Below, piece after piece: positions 47,591-53,488 of a stretch of 53,488 nucleotides of DNA. The stretch lies in the NCBI GenBank assembly GCA_964516945.1, contig CAZFAL010000002.1, positions 1 to 53,488 on the forward strand, in the 5' to 3' direction. A program made the translations under genes and the position numbers. Origin of the DNA: an uncultured Ignavibacteriales bacterium. Its GTDB lineage: Bacteria; Zixibacteria; MSB-5A5; GN15; JACZUZ01. Each line of letters begins with the position of its first letter. Positions within the stretch are counted from its first letter, which is position 1. A model generated the notes under the pieces. That model saw nothing but the letters and a program-made list of their open reading frames with translations, was not told the DNA's origin and did no database searches.

Positions 47591-49939
47591 ATGAATATCA
47601 CACGTAGAGACTTTCTGGCTTTCACCGGCTTCACACTGGTCGGAACACTGGGTGGCTGGTATTTCAAGAACCAGATTCTCCCATACGAGGACTACTATCT
47701 GGGTTCGGATTTCCGCATGCGTAAGGAAACATTTCGCACCGGTGTGTGTGGTATGTGTCCGGCGGGATGTGGTATCCGGGTGCGGTTGGTGGACGGTGTT
47801 CCGGTGCGAATTATGGGGAACCGGAACTGTCCAATTGGTGAAGGTGGTTTGTGTCCCCGTGGTCTGATGGGACTGGAGTTGCATTTCAATCCTGACCGGC
47901 TAGCCGGTCCGCTTGAGCGCTCAGGCCAGGGAGACGCTGCGCAATGGAAGTCAATTACATGGGATGAAGGTCTGAAAAAACTACGCGAAAAAGTCATAGC
48001 GGCCCAAGTATCTCAAAAAGAGTTATCCCAAAAAGGATTATCTCAAAAAGGATCTGTCCCAATCATGGCTCTCTGCCCTGATGAGCGTAGTGTACGGACC
48101 GAGTTGCTCGCACGAGCGCTGGAAAAGCTTGGCTCCGCCAATGGGCTTATTCCAGTCAACTCACAGAGAGACAATGCGACACGGAAGTCTCTTCAGCGAA
48201 TGTGCGGCTATACTGATTGGCCGGTTTATGATGTAGAGCGCTCGGACGTACTGATTGTCTTTGACACACCCCTCTTTAGTGGCTGGGGAAATTCAACTTC
48301 CATGGCCAGAATGTACGGTGATTTCCGTCGCGGACAGGACCGTCGCGGTCATATGATATTTGTCGGTAGCCGTCGCGGGCAGGAAGGCCGAGTGGCTGAT
48401 GAATACATAGAAGTCAAGCCGTATACCTCGGCAATTCTCGCATTAGGTTTAGTTCATGTGCTTCTTAGGGAAGGACTCTATGATAGTAGCTTTGTGAAGG
48501 AGCATTGTGCGGGATTCGCCGATTTCCGTGATGTCGCGCTGGCAAAATACACAACTGACTATGTCAGCGCTCAAACAGGTGTCCCGATAGAAACAATCAA
48601 CATGCTGGCGCGACGGATTGCCGCGAGTGAGCGACCGTTGGCTCTTGGAGAGCGCCGCCCGCAAGATTCCCACGTTGCCGAACAAATGGCCTATGTTGCC
48701 CTCAATGCAATACTTGGGAGTATCGGTGTGCGTGGCGGACTGGTTTTGCAGGAAAACCTGCGACTTAACACTGTGAGAAAAGCAAAATCAACTGTCACAG
48801 ACGATTCAAACTCAAAAAGTCTGATTGCCGCGACAGTGAATGAGGTCTTGCATAACAAAAACCTGGCGCCCAAAGTGTTGCTCATCGACAGAGTGAATTG
48901 CGGTTTGCTATCCACCACTGTCCCAGGTTGGGACGAGTTCATGCAACAGATTCCGTTTGTTGTAAGTTTTTCAGCGTATCCGGATGCAGGAGCGCAATTG
49001 GCGGATATGGTCCTTCCTGATGTGGATTTTTTGGAGAAGGCGCAAGACATAACAGGCGCCCCGTCGATTGAGAGCCCTTCGTTTGGTGTGACAGAACCGG
49101 TAGTCGAACCTCTCACAGACGGTAAAGACACGAATCATGTTCTGATGAACTTCTTGAGTGATGAGTTCCTCAAGACCGGGGTTGTTTCATGGGGCGACGC
49201 TGAAAAGGAAACTCGCAAACTGCGAGATGAATTGCATCGTGAATTGTTTGCGTTGAAACGCGGTTTAGTTTTTGACACAAAAATAACACGAGACTGGATG
49301 GAGAATATGGAATCCGGTGGGTGGTGGTCCTCGGATCTTAAGGATTTTGACTCGTTCGAGAGTCAACTGAATGAGAAAGGTGGCTGGACAGATCCATTCG
49401 TTCCTATTTCAGCGAGAAGAAAACGGGCATTGGGGACAGGACGACAGATAGATTTGCAACCACTGACAAAAGAGTTATCGGTAAATTCACTGGAGCGCGA
49501 GACACCGGCGCCAAGTGTCAATGGAACCAGTGTCAATGGAAAATGGAGCCAGCTACGCGCTATCCCGATATCGGCGCTGGCTCTATCGGGGCTTCCGTAT
49601 GGCAATGTCCCGCATCTGCTGGAATTCGCTGAACCCGGACTAATCTACGGTTGGTCGCCGTGGCTTGAGTTGCATCCTGACCTCGCCGCGCAACTCAAAG
49701 TTGCAGAAGATGACATGCTTGAATTGCAGACAGCAGGCGGAGTCCGCACATGCCGCGTTGTGATAAACAATACATTGCATCCGGATGTAGGCGCAATACC
49801 GCTTGAGATGTTCGGACTCGGTAACGGCAAATGGGTGCGCGAGAATATGCGGAAGCCGCTTGTACAAACCACAAACGATACACAGACAGTGAATGGCTCG
49901 TCGACAACAGGAATAGCGCTCAAAGTGCGAAAGGTGTAA
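47591..49939 (+). CDS. Tat-exported molybdopterin-oxidoreductase-family (MopB/CISM) large subunit
   Basis: Twin-arginine signal (TRRDFLAF). N-terminal FS0-type Cys motif CGMCPAGC...NCPIGEGGLCPRG. 782 aa. Contains an in-frame repeat-derived insertion (SQKELSQKGLSQKG). Confidence 0.85.
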   Translation: MNITRRDFLAFTGFTLVGTLGGWYFKNQILPYEDYYLGSDFRMRKETFRTGVCGMCPAGCGIRVRLVDGVPVRIMGNRNCPIGEGGLCPRGLMGLELHFNPDRLAGPLERSGQGDAAQWKSITWDEGLKKLREKVIAAQVSQKELSQKGLSQKGSVPIMALCPDERSVRTELLARALEKLGSANGLIPVNSQRDNATRKSLQRMCGYTDWPVYDVERSDVLIVFDTPLFSGWGNSTSMARMYGDFRRGQDRRGHMIFVGSRRGQEGRVADEYIEVKPYTSAILALGLVHVLLREGLYDSSFVKEHCAGFADFRDVALAKYTTDYVSAQTGVPIETINMLARRIAASERPLALGERRPQDSHVAEQMAYVALNAILGSIGVRGGLVLQENLRLNTVRKAKSTVTDDSNSKSLIAATVNEVLHNKNLAPKVLLIDRVNCGLLSTTVPGWDEFMQQIPFVVSFSAYPDAGAQLADMVLPDVDFLEKAQDITGAPSIESPSFGVTEPVVEPLTDGKDTNHVLMNFLSDEFLKTGVVSWGDAEKETRKLRDELHRELFALKRGLVFDTKITRDWMENMESGGWWSSDLKDFDSFESQLNEKGGWTDPFVPISARRKRALGTGRQIDLQPLTKELSVNSLERETPAPSVNGTSVNGKWSQLRAIPISALALSGLPYGNVPHLLEFAEPGLIYGWSPWLELHPDLAAQLKVAEDDMLELQTAGGVRTCRVVINNTLHPDVGAIPLEMFGLGNGKWVRENMRKPLVQTTNDTQTVNGSSTTGIALKVRKV
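48009..48053 (+). repeat. In-frame 3 x 15-nt tandem repeat inside the MopB-family CDS
   Basis: tatctcaaaaagagt / tatcccaaaaaggat / tatctcaaaaaggat. A second in-frame 2 x 15-nt repeat (agtgtcaatgga..) lies at 49514-49543. Confidence 0.9.
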
Positions 49940-50625
49940 TGCGTATGCCACGTTGGGGAATGGTAATAGATCTGGACAGATGTATTGGCTGTCAGGCCTG
50001 TACACAGGCGTGCGCTCAGGAGAACAATATCCCGTTTGGAGATTTCGAACAGTCCAAATTGCGCAGAAGTATTTCCTGGATTCAAGTGATGCCTATGGGT
50101 GAGGAGCGTGACTCGATAGAGCAGACAATGACACCGCTACTGTGTCAGCATTGTGACTCGCCACCCTGCACCCGGGTATGCCCGGTATCTGCAACTTACA
50201 AGAACAATGAGGGGATTGTCGCCCAAATCTACCCGCGTTGCATTGGTTGTCGCTATTGCGCCAATGCCTGTCCATACACGGTGAAGTACTTCAACTGGTT
50301 TGGTCCAAAATGGCCGGAAGAGATGGAGCAGTTACACAATCCGGATGTTTCTGTGCGCCCGGTCGGTGTCATTGAAAAATGCACGTTTTGCCATCACCGA
50401 CTGATTATTGCCAGAGAAAACGCTCGAGTTGAGGGGCGAAAGCTTGAAGAAGGTGATTTTTTGCCGGCGTGCGCTGAAAGTTGTCCAACCAAAGCGTTTA
50501 CGTTCGGTGATCTGGATAATCCGTCATCAGATGTCTCAAAAGCCGCAAGTGATTCGCGGGCCTATCAATTAATGGGGGACTTGGGGACGAAACCGAAAGT
50601 GCGTTACTTGAGAGCGATAGAATAA
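49939..50625 (+). CDS. Four-cluster [4Fe-4S] ferredoxin-type subunit (PsrB/NrfC/QrcC/ActB2-like)
   Basis: Start ATG overlaps the upstream TAA (TAATG). Cys motifs CIGCQACTQAC, CQHCDSPPCTRVCP, CIGCRYCANACP and CTFCHH...CAESCP. Confidence 0.85.
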   Translation: MRMPRWGMVIDLDRCIGCQACTQACAQENNIPFGDFEQSKLRRSISWIQVMPMGEERDSIEQTMTPLLCQHCDSPPCTRVCPVSATYKNNEGIVAQIYPRCIGCRYCANACPYTVKYFNWFGPKWPEEMEQLHNPDVSVRPVGVIEKCTFCHHRLIIARENARVEGRKLEEGDFLPACAESCPTKAFTFGDLDNPSSDVSKAASDSRAYQLMGDLGTKPKVRYLRAIE

Positions 50626-51986
50626 TGAATACGAACGCGCCAACTCCTGAATTTGATGATAAGCGTCTTCTTGAGCCGCTTCAGACAACCGGCAAAGAGT
50701 TTCGTATAGCGGTGACAGCGTTGCTTGCTGTTGTCGGCTGGGCGGCATTCTCCTGGGTCTGGCAGGTCAGTCATGGCCTGGGGATGACGGGTCTGAATCG
50801 CTCAGTGTTCTGGGGTATCTATATCACCAACTTCGTCTTCTTTATCGGTGTCTCTCATGCCGGTACGTTGATTTCCGCTATTCTGCGTATGACAAATGCC
50901 GAATGGCGACGCCCTATCACCCGTATGGCTGAAGTTATCACTGTTGCGGTGCTTTTCTTTGGAATAGCGAATGTGTTCTTCGATCTTGGCCGACCGGACA
51001 GAATTCTGAATATCGCTCTTCACCCCCATTTTACTTCACCGTTGATTTGGGACATTTGTAGTGTGACGCTCTATCTGATGGGAAGTTCATTTTATTTGTT
51101 TATTCCGCTGATACCGGACATTTATCTTCTCAAAGACCGCATAGGTGGCTGGCGCGGAAGGCTGTATCGCTGGATAGTTCGCATACTTCATTGGGATGAC
51201 TCCGAGCGGCAACGTATCAAACTCGAACGTATCATCACTATTGCGGCGCTAATTATTCTCCCTATTGCAGTGTCCGTCCACACCGTGGTCTCCTGGGTGT
51301 TTGCCATGACCGTGCAACCAATGTGGCATTCGTCCATCTTCGGACCATTCTTTGTTGTCGGGGCGATATTCTCCGGCATCGGCGCATTGTTGACCGCGAT
51401 GATTCTGTTTCGCAAGTTCCTCGGCTTGGAAAAATATCTCCTGCCGATTCATTTCAAACAGCTTGCCTCACTGCTCGTAGTAATGAGTGTCCTCTGGCTC
51501 TATTTTACGCTCAACGAATACCTGACGACATTCTATGGTAATGAGCCGAGAGAAATGTCAGTGTTTGCCTCAAAGTTCACCGGACACTTTGCCTATATGT
51601 TTTGGGGGATGGTCTTAACGTGTTTTGTCATCCCGTTTGGATTGCTATTCAAGAAGAAAAACAGAACTATCCGTCGCATATTCATCGCTTCAATAAGTGT
51701 AAACATCGGTATGTGGTTAGAGCGCTACACAATTGTTGTGCCGTCTCTCTCCCACACTCGTCTACCATACCCCATTGGCGCCTACACTCCATCCTGGGTT
51801 GAGCTTTCTTTGATGGCCGGGTGTTTCGCCGGTTTCGCGTTGCTGTATATGTCATTTTCAAAAGTGTTTCCAATTGTCTCGATTTGGGAAATGAAGGAAG
51901 GGCTGGAAAGTTCCGTGTCCATTATCTCTCGCCGCTTCATGTCGTACTTTGGAATTAGCTCAAAAGAAACGAAAGATTTACCATGA
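50625..51986 (+). CDS. NrfD/PsrC-family integral membrane quinone-interacting subunit (ActC/QrcD-like size)
   Basis: Start overlaps the upstream stop (TAATG). 453 aa, with about 10 hydrophobic helices. Confidence 0.8.
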   Translation: MNTNAPTPEFDDKRLLEPLQTTGKEFRIAVTALLAVVGWAAFSWVWQVSHGLGMTGLNRSVFWGIYITNFVFFIGVSHAGTLISAILRMTNAEWRRPITRMAEVITVAVLFFGIANVFFDLGRPDRILNIALHPHFTSPLIWDICSVTLYLMGSSFYLFIPLIPDIYLLKDRIGGWRGRLYRWIVRILHWDDSERQRIKLERIITIAALIILPIAVSVHTVVSWVFAMTVQPMWHSSIFGPFFVVGAIFSGIGALLTAMILFRKFLGLEKYLLPIHFKQLASLLVVMSVLWLYFTLNEYLTTFYGNEPREMSVFASKFTGHFAYMFWGMVLTCFVIPFGLLFKKKNRTIRRIFIASISVNIGMWLERYTIVVPSLSHTRLPYPIGAYTPSWVELSLMAGCFAGFALLYMSFSKVFPIVSIWEMKEGLESSVSIISRRFMSYFGISSKETKDLP

Positions 51987-53131
51987 ACTCGCAACGGATT
52001 GTCACAGGGGCGTTCATCGCAATACTCTTGACTGTTTCACTGGTAGGAGCGTCCGAAAAGCTCGGCCACATTGCCACCCCAATCAATGCGGTGAAGACGT
52101 TTGAAGCAAAACGCTGTGTGCGTTGTCACCTGATTGATGTCAGTTGGGAGGCGTATGGTCCGGATTTGGCGCGCGCATCATTGAGCGGCAACTTTTCGGA
52201 TATTGTCGGACGGATGTGGAACAAGGCGCCGGTGATGCTCAAGAAGATGAATGAGCTTGGCATTGAGTTTCCGACCATGCAGGCTGATGATTTGATTCGT
52301 GTCGCTTCCTTTGTCGGGGTGTATCAGAATATGCTCAGCAATTACACAAAAGACGCCGACATTGAACACGGCGCTACACTGTTTCACCGAACTAAGTGTG
52401 CAACGTGTCATGACAGTAAACGTATGCAGGGTTCGTTTGAATCCCCCATGTTGGCGCTTGTGGCTATGTGGAAGCATCAACAAAGCATGCGCGCAAAGAG
52501 TCCTCGGGCGCATGTGAAGTGGAATAACTTTACCGAGAGCGACGTGAAAGACCTGTTGGGATTTCTGACCGATGATGAATCTCAGGACAAAGGTCGGACT
52601 GCGCCACAGTTCTTGAAACCCGGCGACGCACAATTAGGCAAACAAAGTTTTGTGAAACTGAACTGCGGCTCATGCCATGATGGCGCAGGGGTGTCTAAGC
52701 ACAAGCCCGGCGGTTCGGAAGTCGTTGCAAGCAACGGACGTCTCGAAATAGGAAGTGTTATGGCCGCGCTCTGGAATCATAGCTCGCAGATGTGGCGCAA
52801 CTCAAATATGAGGCCGACCTTCACTGCGCAAACCCTGGCAGACCTTACTGCCTATTGGTATTCCGAAAGATTCGAACATTGCAATGACGACACAACCTCG
52901 GGTGAATCGCTCTTCGAGACAAAATCATGCGCTTCCTGCCATGAAATTGGCTCGGCCGACTTCACAATCCCTGATAATAAAGATGAACTTTTAGCGCAAA
53001 TGTGGAGCCATGTGCCGGATATGGTTGAAGAATGCACTGACAACGATATCAGTTGGCCACATATGCAACCGGGGGAGCTGTCGGCGATAGCGGAATATCT
53101 CATCGTTAGCGGCCGACAAAACTCACAATAG
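51983..53131 (+). CDS. Tetra-haem c-type cytochrome built from four tandem class-I-like domains
   Basis: ATGA start/stop overlap. N-terminal anchor or signal. Four CxxCH motifs (CVRCH, CATCH, CGSCH, CASCH), each followed by a [ML]W-x-[HK]...M motif (MWNKAPVM, MWKHQQSM, LWNHSSQM, MWSHVPDM). Confidence 0.85.
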   Translation: MNSQRIVTGAFIAILLTVSLVGASEKLGHIATPINAVKTFEAKRCVRCHLIDVSWEAYGPDLARASLSGNFSDIVGRMWNKAPVMLKKMNELGIEFPTMQADDLIRVASFVGVYQNMLSNYTKDADIEHGATLFHRTKCATCHDSKRMQGSFESPMLALVAMWKHQQSMRAKSPRAHVKWNNFTESDVKDLLGFLTDDESQDKGRTAPQFLKPGDAQLGKQSFVKLNCGSCHDGAGVSKHKPGGSEVVASNGRLEIGSVMAALWNHSSQMWRNSNMRPTFTAQTLADLTAYWYSERFEHCNDDTTSGESLFETKSCASCHEIGSADFTIPDNKDELLAQMWSHVPDMVEECTDNDISWPHMQPGELSAIAEYLIVSGRQNSQ

Positions 53132-53365
53132 TAGAGCTCTCAATCCCTTCCCTTTTCCGGGGAACTCCGGGTAAGCGTTTTGCGAATCGATTTGTAGCAG
53201 GGCGCTTACCCTTTTTCCTCTTAAAGCCCCCATAATAGTCATTTCAGGTTGATATTCGATTCGTATCGGAATGACGCCGGATTGCGCCTCGATGACGCTG
53301 TCTTCAATGCTGACGTTAGAGAATCCAATTTCGAAAGACAGTTTCTCCAAAAAACGTCCCACCAA
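53123..53365 (-). CDS. Hypothetical small protein (doubtful)
   Basis: 80-aa GTG-initiated ORF between the tRNA terminator and the convergent operon end. No recognisable motif. Confidence 0.25.
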   Translation of the reverse strand: MVGRFLEKLSFEIGFSNVSIEDSVIEAQSGVIPIRIEYQPEMTIMGALRGKRVSALLQIDSQNAYPEFPGKGKGLRALLL

Positions 53366-53401
53366 AAAAGAAACTCCCGAAGTCTTTCAACCTCAGGAGT
53401 T
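53364..53401 (-). terminator. Rho-independent terminator of tRNA-fMet
   Basis: Minus strand: aactcc / ggagtt stem followed by a T-run (plus-strand aaaaaag). Confidence 0.7.
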
Positions 53402-53407
53402 CAATCT

Positions 53408-53484
<77 letters not shown>

Positions 53485-53488
53485 ATCA

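Overview
This 53.5-kb window looks like chromosomal DNA from an uncultivated-type Gram-negative bacterium. The lineage guess is FCB-superphylum-like, at low confidence. It rests on a T9SS-type C-terminal sorting domain, dockerin/cohesin-like modules, FG-GAP and Reg_prop beta-propeller proteins, a TSP3-repeat OmpA and a FadL-like outer-membrane protein. I support about 38 CDS. They cover surface or glycan-related proteins (911-8575), peptidoglycan recycling (spoIID-like, anmK, nagZ), a GGDEF cyclase, envelope proteins, a MntH-USP fusion, nfi, an M20 amidohydrolase, tsaD, a reverse-transsulfuration pair, greA, and a VTC/CotH/DUF4956 operon. The most interesting part is the right-hand ~10 kb. It is a nine-gene, tightly coupled respiratory operon (44561-53131): lipoprotein cytochrome c, porin, two paralogous mono-haem proteins, a TM-anchored penta-haem cytochrome, a Tat-exported molybdopterin-family subunit, a 4x[4Fe-4S] subunit, an NrfD-like membrane subunit and a four-domain tetra-haem cytochrome. 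The layout resembles ACIII/Qrc/Psr but does not match the canonical layout of any of them. The block is bracketed by an intact initiator tRNA-fMet (53408-53484, minus) and a degenerate direct copy of that tRNA's 3' end plus terminator (43559-43640). Just inside the left repeat is a ~0.55-kb ORF-poor, strongly structured RNA-like region. A second window-wide signal is many locus-specific short tandem duplications (7-17 nt units, 2-6 copies). They sit mostly in leaders just upstream of start codons, and a few are in-frame inside CDS. No rRNA, CRISPR array, transposase or integrase was seen. All calls come from reading the sequence and ORF translations; no searches were run.
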